A model generated the notes under the pieces. It ran no database searches and was not told where the DNA came from. It saw nothing but the letters and a program-made list of their open reading frames with translations. 64,000 nucleotides of DNA from a virus. Location: IMG/VR virus record IMGVR_UViG_3300005254_000135. The stretch is one strand, 5' to 3'. Positions 8,484 to 17,719 of the stretch are shown here, piece after piece (position 1 is the stretch's first letter; each line of letters begins with the position of its first letter). The position numbers and the translations under genes were made by a program.

Positions 8484-8999
8484 GTGTCTAGCCATCCCGA
8501 AAACATGTTACCAGGTCTCTTCGACCATGGGATAGACGCAGATACGTACGGAACGGGCCAAACGTATTCAGTACATTTACTGGAACAGTACAAATTGTAC
8601 GTCGAGATGGCGGACAGAACGAGTTCAAGGCGTAATCTCGCTAACACCTTCTTCCTTACTCTGAACACGGGAATAATTGCTGCTATCGGGTTTGCACTAG
8701 ATAAGGGAGTCCATATCGGACGCAAGTGGACCTTGATTGGCCCCCTGATAGCCCTGCTTGCGCTTTGCTTCTCTTGGTGGTGTATTGTCAAATCGTACAG
8801 GAAACTTAATGAAGCTAAGTTCAAAGTAATCAATGAGATAGAGAAGCGGCTTCCTGCTTGTCCTTATTGCGCCGAGTGGAAGTGTTTGGGAGAGGGGCAG
8901 GAGCCAAAACTATATCGTGAGCTCACAAAAATTGAGAATTGGATCCCAGTAGTGTTTGCCGTATTGTATGTTATTGGAACCATTATGCTTATTGTGTAA
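8484..8999 (+). CDS. Small membrane effector (2-3 TM helices; RipA/SLATT-like)
   Basis: LLEQYKLYVEMADRTSSRRNLANTFFLTLNT, TM hairpin, SYRKLNEAKFKVINEIEKRLP, C-terminal TM; 5 nt after the TIR gene. Confidence 0.7.
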   Translation: MSSHPENMLPGLFDHGIDADTYGTGQTYSVHLLEQYKLYVEMADRTSSRRNLANTFFLTLNTGIIAAIGFALDKGVHIGRKWTLIGPLIALLALCFSWWCIVKSYRKLNEAKFKVINEIEKRLPACPYCAEWKCLGEGQEPKLYRELTKIENWIPVVFAVLYVIGTIMLIV

Positions 9000-9096
9000 A
9001 GGGTGACAGTCTTTCGGAGCTGTAAGGCCCAATAACTGATTCCGAAAGGTTGGCATTCACGTTTTATTCCGTTGGTCGACCATCGGAGGTGAATTT

Positions 9097-9603
9097 ATGG
9101 AAATCCCTGTTTTTGTTTCTTGTCCGACAACCCTTAGCCAGGCTCAAAGCTCTTTACGCAACAGTATTATCAAAATATTAAAAAAATATAGTTTAGAGCC
9201 ACGTTCTTTAGGACGTTCCGACTACCCGACACAAAACCCTCTTCAGGAGGTCCTTGCGATCGCCAGGCATTGTTCGGGCGGAATTATACTCGGTTTCAAG
9301 CAGTTTATTACAGATTCGGGCACATGGAAGCCGGATACGAGCGAACAAGAGCAAGTTTCAGGCTCTATCTGTTTCCCTTCGCCTTGGAATCAGCTCGAAG
9401 CAGGTATTTTATTTAGCCTTAAAATACCTCTGTTGGTTTTCAAGGAGGCGGAAATTAACGGGGGAATATTTGATAGTGGTGCTTCAAAGGTGTTCATACA
9501 TAACATGCCGATTAATTCTATTACTAATGAAATAATCAAACAATACGAAATAATTATACAAAAATGGCAAGGAGAGGTTAGAAAACATTATTATATATAT
9601 TGA
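9097..9603 (+). CDS. Second TIR-like / nucleotide-processing Rossmannoid protein
   Basis: PVFVSCP...LGRSDYP...PLQEV...CSGGIILG...SPWNQLEAG...IPLLVFKE; SD GGAGGT; very AT-rich. Confidence 0.6.
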   Translation: MEIPVFVSCPTTLSQAQSSLRNSIIKILKKYSLEPRSLGRSDYPTQNPLQEVLAIARHCSGGIILGFKQFITDSGTWKPDTSEQEQVSGSICFPSPWNQLEAGILFSLKIPLLVFKEAEINGGIFDSGASKVFIHNMPINSITNEIIKQYEIIIQKWQGEVRKHYYIY

Positions 9604-9807
9604 AGATGTGACACTTGATCCATAAAACACACTAATAGGTGGGCCGGGGGAGGCATACTCCACGGCCAATTCAAGCTCCTGTCAGCACCATCCAACCGAT
9701 TGGACCCTATTGAATTCCCATCATCTCAAATTCCGCACTACTCCTCAGTGCTCGACCGAAACCTTAAGTCTGTCCACCACAACGTCTAAAGTGCTATAGT
9801 ACTTCAT

Positions 9808-11790
9808 ATGGCCCCAAAGACACTCATCACCGTCACTCCCAAGGAGCTAAAACAAATCTTGGCCGCCCACCATGAATGGGTCCAATCCATGGGAGCGAAT
9901 GGGCAAAGGGCCAGCTTACACAGGGCAAATCTGTATTGGGCCAACCTGAATGGGGCTAACCTGCGTGAAGCAGATCTGAGTGAGGCCTTCCTGACCGGGG
10001 TAAAACTGTTATCGACCAACCTGATCGAAGCCGACCTTAGCGGAGCAAAACTTTCCGGAGCCTACCTGAAAGGAGCCAAACTAAATGCGGCCGATCTTTC
10101 CGAAGCCGACCTGTCTGGAGCCAACCTGAACGGGGCCAACCTGGTCGAGGCCGATCTATCCGGGGCCAACCTGTCCGGGGCCAACCTGGTCGAGGCCGAT
10201 CTGTCCGGGGCCAACCTGGTCGAGGCCGATCTATCCGGGGCCAACCTGAACGGGGCCAAGCTGAACGAGGCCGATTTAAGCGGGGCAAATCTTTCCGAAG
10301 CCAGCCTGATCGAGACCTACCTGGCTGGGGCCATCCTGAAAGGGGCCAAACTGGGTGAGGCTGACCTGTCCGGGGCCACCCCGAACAGAGCCAACCTGAG
10401 CGGGGCCAACCTGAGCGGAGCAAACCTTTTCAGGACCTATCTGATCGGGGCCTATATGGCCGAGGCCAACCTGCCCGGGGCTGAACTGACTGCAGCCAAC
10501 CTGAACGGAGCTAATCTGAGGGGGGCCAACCTGAAAGGGGCCCAACTGACCGAGGCCAGCCTTTTAGGGGCTATACTGCGGAGGGCCAGCCTGACCGAGG
10601 CAAGCCTGACCGGGGCCAACCTAGTCGGGGCCAACCTGATCGAGGCTGATCTGGCCAGGGCCGACTTGAAAGGGGCCAATCTGAGCAACGCCGACCTGAT
10701 TGAGACCAGCCTGAGTGAGACCAACCTGGCCTTGGCCAAATTGAACAAAGCGAACTTGAGCAAGGCCGATCTAAGTAAGACTAGCCTGATCTGTGCTATC
10801 CTGTCTGATGCCGATCTAAGCGATGCGACTCTAACCAAAGCCAACCTCCGGGGAGCCGACTTGACCGGCGCCTCCCTCGTCGAGGCTGTCCTGGAAAACG
10901 CCAACCTGGAGGACGCCAAGCTTGCCAACTGCAATATGAATGGCGCGCAGATGAAGGGCGCCCGTCTCTTCTTTCACCAGGCCGTAGACGCCCGAACCTG
11001 GATCGGCAAGCCGGAAGACCGTCATCTGATTCACTGGCGTCTCAAGCCTGGCGAGCAGCCCCCAGAACCATATGTCCTACTTTGGCTTTTCTCGGAGCAC
11101 AGGGAAATGGCCCAATGGCTGGAGAGACTACAACGGGCTCACCCCGGGGAGTGGGAGCTGCAGTCCGTCCTGGTAGCCGGGAAGCCTAAGTTCCAGATCA
11201 AGGTGTATTCTGATGACCTTAAGCGGCTAATTACTGAAAGCATCGAGGAAGCAGGGCTTCTCGCCCAAGGGGAAAGGATTGAGACAAACCTGCACCAGTT
11301 GATGGCCAAGGCCGAGCGCATTGAAGAGGGTGTGGTGGCCATCCAAAGCGTTCTGGATCATCAGAACGAGCATATCCAACAGATCGCCAGGCAATTGCAG
11401 GGCCTCAACCTGGAAACCCTGGACGGCCTTAAGCCTCTCCTGGAGAAGACGGACAAGGCCAAGGTTGCCTTTAGCCAAGATGACGTCATCCAGTTGACCG
11501 CCTTGTTTCGAGAGGCCCTGGCCAAGAACGAGGACAAGCCTGGATTTTGGTCCCGGATTGGAGAGACTTTCGGCGACTTGACCCAGCACTTCGGCATGCA
11601 CCTGGGAGTGTTGCCCCTGGCGGAACTTATCCACCGAAGCACTGGCGACTTGGGCTCGGTAACCCTGAGTGCCGGCTGCCTTATCGCTGTCCTGGCAGAC
11701 GTCTTCTTAAAATGGCGCGACGACAAAAAGAAGATCGAGCAGTATAAACAGCTTCCGGTTCCTGAAGATCCTGATCTGCAGGAAAGCTAA
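9808..11790 (+). CDS. Pentapeptide-repeat protein (660 aa) with C-terminal coiled coil and hydrophobic tail
   Basis: About 350 aa of A(D/N)LxG/A(D/N)Lxx repeats; ILAAHHEW...G.RA N-cap; C-terminal hydrophobic helices. Confidence 0.92.
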   Translation: MAPKTLITVTPKELKQILAAHHEWVQSMGANGQRASLHRANLYWANLNGANLREADLSEAFLTGVKLLSTNLIEADLSGAKLSGAYLKGAKLNAADLSEADLSGANLNGANLVEADLSGANLSGANLVEADLSGANLVEADLSGANLNGAKLNEADLSGANLSEASLIETYLAGAILKGAKLGEADLSGATPNRANLSGANLSGANLFRTYLIGAYMAEANLPGAELTAANLNGANLRGANLKGAQLTEASLLGAILRRASLTEASLTGANLVGANLIEADLARADLKGANLSNADLIETSLSETNLALAKLNKANLSKADLSKTSLICAILSDADLSDATLTKANLRGADLTGASLVEAVLENANLEDAKLANCNMNGAQMKGARLFFHQAVDARTWIGKPEDRHLIHWRLKPGEQPPEPYVLLWLFSEHREMAQWLERLQRAHPGEWELQSVLVAGKPKFQIKVYSDDLKRLITESIEEAGLLAQGERIETNLHQLMAKAERIEEGVVAIQSVLDHQNEHIQQIARQLQGLNLETLDGLKPLLEKTDKAKVAFSQDDVIQLTALFREALAKNEDKPGFWSRIGETFGDLTQHFGMHLGVLPLAELIHRSTGDLGSVTLSAGCLIAVLADVFLKWRDDKKKIEQYKQLPVPEDPDLQES

Positions 11791-11900
11791 TCCTTTCCCC
11801 TCCCCAACCCCCCTTTTTCTTAGCGACATAAGCGACACAAGCGCCCTCCCTCATAGTCCCGCCTGATTATCCTAATCCCTACCACAGCCTCGATATAAAT

Positions 11901-12144
11901 GGCGCATTGCGCCGATAAGGAACGGGCCGGGTGAGGCGGGTTGTTCGGCGCTGACCACCCGGCCCAACAAAAAGGCGGGGCCGAGTGGCTTCAGGCCTCT
12001 TTCAACATAGCGATCATCCCCAGGCGGGCCCTGAAGGCCGCCTGGCCCCCTCCGGGTTGCGACCCGGGGGAAACCCGTTCCCATCTCTCTTCTCTCCAAC
12101 CCAAAGACCCGGCCGGGGCGGCCTGAAGCCACCGCCCCGGCCGG
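11901..12144 (+). ncRNA. Structured leader upstream of the late operon
   Basis: Perfect stems 11924-33/11956-65 and 12109-21/12132-44; the latter's 10-nt loop is the exact complement of 11986-11995. Confidence 0.5.
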
Positions 12145-12162
12145 CCCTACCTTGAGGGGGCG

Positions 12163-12525
12163 ATGAGCGATACCGCCTGGATAGCCATAGCCGCGGCTGT
12201 AGTGGCGACCGCCCTCGCCGGCCTGGGAGCCGTCGTTCAGTTCTTCGCCTTCAACTACCTCCGGGAAGCCAAGCGGGATTCACGGCTGGCCCGCGAGGAA
12301 GTAGCCGATCTGAGAACCGCGATCGCCGATGGAAAGACCGAGATCGCCAGGGAATACGCGACCAAGCAAGACCTCCGGGAAGTGGACGAGGAGATGGGAT
12401 GCAAGGTGGATAAGTCGGACTTCGCGGTATTTGCCACGGGGGTCGAGCGGAAGCTGGATGAATACGGCCGCGACATCAAGGAGATCCTGAGCCGGCTGCC
12501 GGCGCCAACCAAGGAGAAAGCCTGA
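12163..12525 (+). CDS. N-terminal TM plus coiled-coil phage protein
   Basis: Hydrophobic N-terminus; EYATKQDL motif; first gene of the late operon. Confidence 0.7.
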   Translation: MSDTAWIAIAAAVVATALAGLGAVVQFFAFNYLREAKRDSRLAREEVADLRTAIADGKTEIAREYATKQDLREVDEEMGCKVDKSDFAVFATGVERKLDEYGRDIKEILSRLPAPTKEKA

Positions 12526-12830
12526 TGGACTTTGCGCTTAGGGCGCGCCAGGTGCGCCACTGGCTGCTGAAGGGCCTGGCTCACATCTACCCGGACGGCC
12601 TGGACCTGTCCGAGCTGGCCAGGGTGCTCCTGGGCGTCGACCTGGCCACCACCGAGCCCGAAATCGGCCGCCACTGCCAGTACCTGAAGGAAAAGGGCTA
12701 CCTGATCAGCGAGGACAGGGGCACAGGCCAGCTTCGCCGCAAGGTCTTCAAGCTGACGGCCAAGGGCCTCGATCTGCTGGACGGCAACATCGAGGCGGAC
12801 CCAGGGGTGGGGATTGGCGAAGCTCCCTAA
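12525..12830 (+). CDS. Mu gp26-like protein
   Basis: HCQYLKEKGYL...KLTAKGLDLLDG...DPGV; synteny. Confidence 0.7.
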   Translation: MDFALRARQVRHWLLKGLAHIYPDGLDLSELARVLLGVDLATTEPEIGRHCQYLKEKGYLISEDRGTGQLRRKVFKLTAKGLDLLDGNIEADPGVGIGEAP

Positions 12831-13251
12831 ATACGGCCCCCTGGCCCGGGACCTCTATCTCAAGGGCTACAGCCCGGAGGCCATCTCCCAGCAGCTCCAG
12901 GTCTCGGCCAAGACCATCAGGCAGTGGGCCGACTATCACGGCTGGGACAAGGAGCGCCGGCTCAAGGTGGCCTCGGGCCGGCAATTAGCCGAGCGGATGG
13001 AGGAGCTGATCCATTCCCACATCGCCGCCCTGGAGGAGAAGCCGGAGCTGACCCCGGGCGACCTGGACGGCCTGCAGAAGATGTACGTCGTCCTGGAGAA
13101 AGTGCGCCGGGGCACCTTCGCCTTCTCGGCCGCGGCGGTGGAGGTCTTTGAAAAATTCGCCCGCTGGCTCAACTCGGTCGAGGGCGACAAGGCCTTCCTG
13201 GAGCGCCTGGCCGGCCACGTCAGGAACTTCATGGCCCAGGTCGAGGGTTGA
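12814..13251 (+). CDS. Terminase small subunit-like HTH protein (DUF1804/gp27-like)
   Basis: ARDLYLKG...ISQQLQVSAKTIRQWADYHGWD; precedes the large terminase. Confidence 0.7.
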   Translation: MAKLPKYGPLARDLYLKGYSPEAISQQLQVSAKTIRQWADYHGWDKERRLKVASGRQLAERMEELIHSHIAALEEKPELTPGDLDGLQKMYVVLEKVRRGTFAFSAAAVEVFEKFARWLNSVEGDKAFLERLAGHVRNFMAQVEG

Positions 13252-14861
13252 GCGTGGGCCTGCTTGAGCATCCGGACTTCCAGCGCAAGCTGACCCGGCC
13301 CCAGTTCAAGAAGCGGGTCGAGGAGATCCTCCGCCTGCTCAAGACCGAGGTCCGCCCCTTCGAGGACCTGTCCGAGGCGGCGGCCAGGGCCAGGCGGGAG
13401 AGGGGCCGGGCCGACATCTTCAACTTCGCCCGGACCTATCTGCCCCATTACTTCTACTGCGAGGCGGCCGACTTCCACCTGGAGGCCGACGCCCTGATCA
13501 ACGCCCCGGCCGAGCCGGGCGAGCTCAAGCCGCCCATCGTCATCGCCGCGCCCCGCGACCACGCCAAATCCACGTCCATCACCCTCCTGCAGTCGCTCCA
13601 GCGGGCCGTCTACGGCCGCAACCATTTCACCATCCTGGGCTCTGATACCAAGGACTTGGCCGCGGACTTCAACGCCTATCTTTTCCTGGAGATGGTCGAG
13701 AACGAGCGCCTGACGGCCGACTTCGGCCAGCTCCTGGACCCCAACCAGTCGGTTTACGACTTCGTCACCGGGACGGGCGTCAGGATCCTGGCCCGGGGCT
13801 CGGGCCAGCGCCTCAGGGGCGTCAAGCATGGCCCCCACCGGCCGGACCTGTTCATCCTGGATGACATGGAAAACGATCAAAATGTCAAAAACCCCCGCCT
13901 GGTCGAGGCGCGGCTGAGGTGGGTCACCGAGGCGGTCCTGCCGGCCATCGCGGCCGACGGCGCCCTGGTCTGGGTGGGGACGATCCTGGCCCGCCGCTCG
14001 GCCCTGGGCCAGGTCATTCACAGCCAGAAGGAGCCCTACAAGCATTGGACCCGGCGCTGCTACCGGGCGATCGACCCCGAGGGCCGGGCCCTCTGGCCGG
14101 CGCGCTGGCCGGTTAACCAGCTCCTGGCCAAGAAGCGCCAGGTCGGCACGGTCGCCTTCAACAAGGAGTACCAGAACAACCCCCAGGACGAGGAGTCCCC
14201 GTTCCGGGAGGAGTGGTTCAGATACTACAGCCGGGCCGACCTGGAGCTGGTCCGCCGCCGGCTGCTGATCGCCTCGGGCACAGACCCCTCGTCCACGGCC
14301 CAGGGCGACAACAAGGGCCACACCGTAGTCGGTCTCGACCCCCTGACGATGGTCATCTACCTCCTGCGCACCTGGGGCAAGAAGCTCTCGCCCTCGGGCC
14401 TGCTGGATGCCCTCTACCTCTCTCACCGGCACCACGGCTGGGTGGCCGGCGGGATTGAGGACAACGCCCTCAAGGACTGGCTCAAGGAGGCGGTCGACCA
14501 GGCGGCCAAGCGCCACGGCCGCCGGCTGCCCCTCCGGGAAGTCCACAACTCGGCCAACAAGGAGGCCAGGATCGTGGGCACCCTGAGCCCCCTGGTCGAG
14601 GCCGGGCACATCCTGCTGCCCGAGGACGACCCCGAGGCCGAGGCGCTCAAGGAGGAACTGCTCTACATCCTGGACGGCTCCACCCCTGACGACCAGGCCG
14701 ACTCGGCCGAGATAGCCGTCAGGATCGTCCAGAGCCTGCCCAAGGGCGCGGCCGGCTACCAGCCGGTGGACAAGCGGACCGACTGGCACGGCCGGACCGA
14801 CGACGACGGGGCCGAGTCCGGCTTTATCCGCGAGCTGACCGCCGTCCGGGGGGTCTTCTGA
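13248..14861 (+). CDS. Terminase large subunit (Mu gp28-like)
   Basis: APRDHAKST Walker A, RPDLFILDDME Walker B, C-terminal nuclease with DPS and DDQAD. Confidence 0.9.
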   Translation: MSVGLLEHPDFQRKLTRPQFKKRVEEILRLLKTEVRPFEDLSEAAARARRERGRADIFNFARTYLPHYFYCEAADFHLEADALINAPAEPGELKPPIVIAAPRDHAKSTSITLLQSLQRAVYGRNHFTILGSDTKDLAADFNAYLFLEMVENERLTADFGQLLDPNQSVYDFVTGTGVRILARGSGQRLRGVKHGPHRPDLFILDDMENDQNVKNPRLVEARLRWVTEAVLPAIAADGALVWVGTILARRSALGQVIHSQKEPYKHWTRRCYRAIDPEGRALWPARWPVNQLLAKKRQVGTVAFNKEYQNNPQDEESPFREEWFRYYSRADLELVRRRLLIASGTDPSSTAQGDNKGHTVVGLDPLTMVIYLLRTWGKKLSPSGLLDALYLSHRHHGWVAGGIEDNALKDWLKEAVDQAAKRHGRRLPLREVHNSANKEARIVGTLSPLVEAGHILLPEDDPEAEALKEELLYILDGSTPDDQADSAEIAVRIVQSLPKGAAGYQPVDKRTDWHGRTDDDGAESGFIRELTAVRGVF

Positions 14862-16390
14862 TGCCGATTCTCCACGACCTCTTCGGCCGGCTCATCAAGG
14901 CCAAAGCCATGCGCCGGCCGCCCACCGACGAGCGGCGCGGCGGGCCCCGGCTGGTAGACCGCTGGACCTTCAGCGCGGCCACGGGCCTGACCCCGCGCAA
15001 GTTGGCCGCGATCCTCAGGGAGGCCGAGACCGGCGACGTCCGCCGCCAGGCCGAGCTCTTCGGGGCCATCTACGAGCGGGATGCCCACGTGCGCTCCGAG
15101 ATGGGCAAGCGGGTCTCGGCCGTGACCGGGCTGCCCTGGGAGATCTCGCCGGCCGACAAGTCGGAACGGGCGTCCCAGGTCGCCGCATTCGCCGGCGAGA
15201 CCCTGGAGGGCCTGAAGGCCTTCGGCCAGAGCCAGCGACGCCTCTGCGGGGCCGTGGGCATGGGCTACGCCCTGGAGGAGCTGACCTGGCGGCTGGAGGG
15301 CAACCGCTACCTGCCCAGCCTGCACGGGGTCGACCCGGCCAGGATCACCTTCGTCAATTCGCTCCAGCCACTCCTGATCACCGACGCCGAGCCCACCGGA
15401 GCCGAACTGGAGCCGTTCCGCTTCATCTATCACAGATACGAGTCCCTGTCCGGCCTGGAGGCCCGGGGCGGCCTCTACCGCACCCTGGCCTGGTACTACC
15501 TGTTCAAGCACCACGGCCTCAGGGATTGGATGATTTTCTTAGAATCGTTCGGCGTGCCCTACCGGATCGGCAAGTTCGAGCCCTCGGCCAGCGACGAGGA
15601 CAAGAAGACCCTGGCCGCGGCGGTCCGCTCCCTGGGCCTGGATGGGGCCGGGATCATCAGCAAGGAAGCTGAAATCGAGATCATCGAGGCGGCCAGCCGG
15701 ACCGGGGCCAGCCCGCACAAGGTCCTGATCGAGGTCTGCAACGCCGAGATGTCCAAGGCCATCTTGGGCCAGACCCTGAGCGCCGAGGTGGGCGAGCGGG
15801 GCAGCTACGCCGCGGCCAAGGTCCACGAGCAGGTCCGCCGGGATCTGCTCGAGGATGACGCCCGGGCCCTGGCTGAGACCCTCCAGGATCAGCTCGTCGC
15901 TCCCCTGGTCGGCTTCAACTTCGGCTGGGACGCGCCCATACCGCGAATCTACTTCGTCTTGCCCCGCTCGGCCGAGGAGATCAAGGCCGACAGGGATCTG
16001 CTGGGCGGGGCGCTCCGCGACGGCTTCCCGGTCAGCCAGGAGCTCTACTCGGAGCGGACCGGGCTGCGCCTGCCGGTCAAGGGTGAGACGGTCATGAGCG
16101 TCCCGGCCGGGCAGCCCCTCCTGGCCTCCCGGACGGCCTCGGCCGCCGGCGGGGAGACCCACCCCCTGGACGGCTTCGTCGACCTAGCCGTGGACCGGGC
16201 GGCCGGCCTGGACCTGGACGGCGAGGTGAAGCGGATCGCCGCCGGGGCGGCCGACGAGGAGGAGCTCCTGGAGCGCCTGGGCGAGATTTATGGGCGGATG
16301 CCCAACGAGAAGTTTCAAACCCTCCTGGCCAAGGCGATGCTGCTCGCCGACCTGGCCGGCCGGGCCAGGAATCAAGGGGATCGAGGCTAG
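14861..16390 (+). CDS. Portal protein (Mu gp29/DUF935)
   Basis: ERDAHVRSEMGKR, ESFGVPYRIGKF, EMSKAILGQTL...GSYAAAKVHEQVRRD. Confidence 0.92.
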   Translation: MPILHDLFGRLIKAKAMRRPPTDERRGGPRLVDRWTFSAATGLTPRKLAAILREAETGDVRRQAELFGAIYERDAHVRSEMGKRVSAVTGLPWEISPADKSERASQVAAFAGETLEGLKAFGQSQRRLCGAVGMGYALEELTWRLEGNRYLPSLHGVDPARITFVNSLQPLLITDAEPTGAELEPFRFIYHRYESLSGLEARGGLYRTLAWYYLFKHHGLRDWMIFLESFGVPYRIGKFEPSASDEDKKTLAAAVRSLGLDGAGIISKEAEIEIIEAASRTGASPHKVLIEVCNAEMSKAILGQTLSAEVGERGSYAAAKVHEQVRRDLLEDDARALAETLQDQLVAPLVGFNFGWDAPIPRIYFVLPRSAEEIKADRDLLGGALRDGFPVSQELYSERTGLRLPVKGETVMSVPAGQPLLASRTASAAGGETHPLDGFVDLAVDRAAGLDLDGEVKRIAAGAADEEELLERLGEIYGRMPNEKFQTLLAKAMLLADLAGRARNQGDRG

Positions 16391-17604
16391 TGGCCGAGGT
16401 CTTTAACCAGCCTTTCGATCAGGCGATAGAGTACTTTCTGGGCAAAGTACCACTAAGCCACGATCAGGTCCTGCGGATGAGCCGGGAGGCCCGCGCCCGG
16501 GCCTTCTGGATCAGCCACGTCAACCAGGAGGGGCTGGTCGAGGGCTTCTACGGCCAGGTCTACCGGGCCCTGGCCGGAGGCGAGACCTACGCCGATTTCA
16601 AGCGCTCGATAAGCGCACAATTCGACGCCCTGGGCTACAGCCGGATGAACCCCTTCCGTTTGCAAACCATCTTCGAGACCAACATGAACCTGGCCTACTC
16701 GGCCGGCAACTGGCGGGCCATGACCGACCCGGACGTGGTCAAGGCCAGGCCCCTGGGCCGCTGGCACGCCATGATGGACAGCCGCACCCGGCCGTCTCAT
16801 GCCGGTCTGCACGGCCGGGTCTGGCCCCTGAAAGACGCCTTCTGGGAGACCCACTGGCCGCCCCTGGACTGGGGCTGCCGCTGTACCGTGGACAGCCTCT
16901 CGGCCGAGGAGGCCCGGGCCCAGGGCCTCGAGGTGGAGGGGTCCACGGGCCAGATCATGGTCGAGCCCCTCGACCCGGTCACCCGGGACAGGCAACCGGC
17001 CAGGCCGCTGATGGTCGACCCGAATTGGGCCTACAACCCCGGCCAGACGGCCTGGGGCCGGCCCCCGGCCTGGCGGGCCAGGCAGAGCTACGAGCAGACC
17101 CTGGGGCCGGGCTGGAAGCCCCTTGTCAAGGGGGGCTGGCGGGAGGCCGGGCGGCCGGAAGTTCTCCATACCAAAGAATCTCCGACCGGCCTGGGTCCCG
17201 ACGTCGAGAGCAGGCAGCAGGCCGAAGCCCTCCTGGAGGAAATCCTGGGCGGCCAGATGAAGGTCTTCAAGGACCCCCAGAGCAAGCCGGTTTTGGCCAC
17301 GGTGGACCTGGCCCGGCACCTGGCCCAGGCCGGCGGCCGGGGGCCCTATCTACCCCTCCTGCCCCACGTCATCGAGGGACCGGCCGAGATCTGGCTCCAA
17401 CCCCTGCGTTCCGAGGTCAGCGGCCGGGTGGTGATGAGGCGGGCTTACATCCAGTCCTTCGAGCGCAAGGGCGGCCGGGGCGTGGTCACCGTGGCCGAGT
17501 ACCAGAAGGGCGCCTGGGTGGCCTTGACGACCTACCCCGAGCGCTCGGCCAGGCGGGTCAATGATCGCTTCCGGTGGGGGGTGCTGCAGTGGGCGGAAAA
17601 ATAA
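16390..17604 (+). CDS. MuF/gp30 head morphogenesis protein with C-terminal BECR-fold (PBECR2-like) nuclease domain
   Basis: RLQTIFETN...DSRTRPSHAGLHG...PPLDWGCRC MuF core; C-terminal LLPHVIEGPAEIW...RRAYIQSF...ALTTYP. Confidence 0.85.
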   Translation: MAEVFNQPFDQAIEYFLGKVPLSHDQVLRMSREARARAFWISHVNQEGLVEGFYGQVYRALAGGETYADFKRSISAQFDALGYSRMNPFRLQTIFETNMNLAYSAGNWRAMTDPDVVKARPLGRWHAMMDSRTRPSHAGLHGRVWPLKDAFWETHWPPLDWGCRCTVDSLSAEEARAQGLEVEGSTGQIMVEPLDPVTRDRQPARPLMVDPNWAYNPGQTAWGRPPAWRARQSYEQTLGPGWKPLVKGGWREAGRPEVLHTKESPTGLGPDVESRQQAEALLEEILGGQMKVFKDPQSKPVLATVDLARHLAQAGGRGPYLPLLPHVIEGPAEIWLQPLRSEVSGRVVMRRAYIQSFERKGGRGVVTVAEYQKGAWVALTTYPERSARRVNDRFRWGVLQWAEK

Positions 17605-17678
17605 AATGCAGGCCAGCCCTCCGAGCGGCTGCTGCACGCTCCCTCGGCCCATCGGGCCCGGACCCGGACCGAGTTTGC
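17597..17678 (-). ncRNA. Candidate ~80-nt antisense sRNA
   Basis: Own promoter, two hairpins (one with a G-U pair only on the - strand) and a U-tract at 17597-17606. Confidence 0.55.
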
Positions 17679-17684
17679 AAATTT

Positions 17685-17713
17685 AGAATAACCCCTAATG
17701 GCGGGAGAGTCAA
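17685..17713 (-). promoter_or_regulatory. Reverse sigma70 promoter
   Basis: TTGACT (rc 17708-13) - N17 - TATTCT (rc 17685-90). Confidence 0.7.
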
Positions 17714-17719
17714 GGGCTT

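Noticed and set aside
12020-12135. Hammerhead ribozyme or true lambda boxB in the late leader
   Set aside because: CTGAAGG/CTGAAGC is not CUGANGA and there is no matching GAAA-UH core; GCCCTGAAGGC lacks the lambda boxB 5-bp stem. Kept only as a loose analogy.
12936-14789. Long antisense ORFs over terminase, portal and other structural genes (also 59907-61793, 48557-50791, 56873-58465)
   Set aside because: Stop-poor shadows expected at this GC content, fully overlapping well-supported genes.
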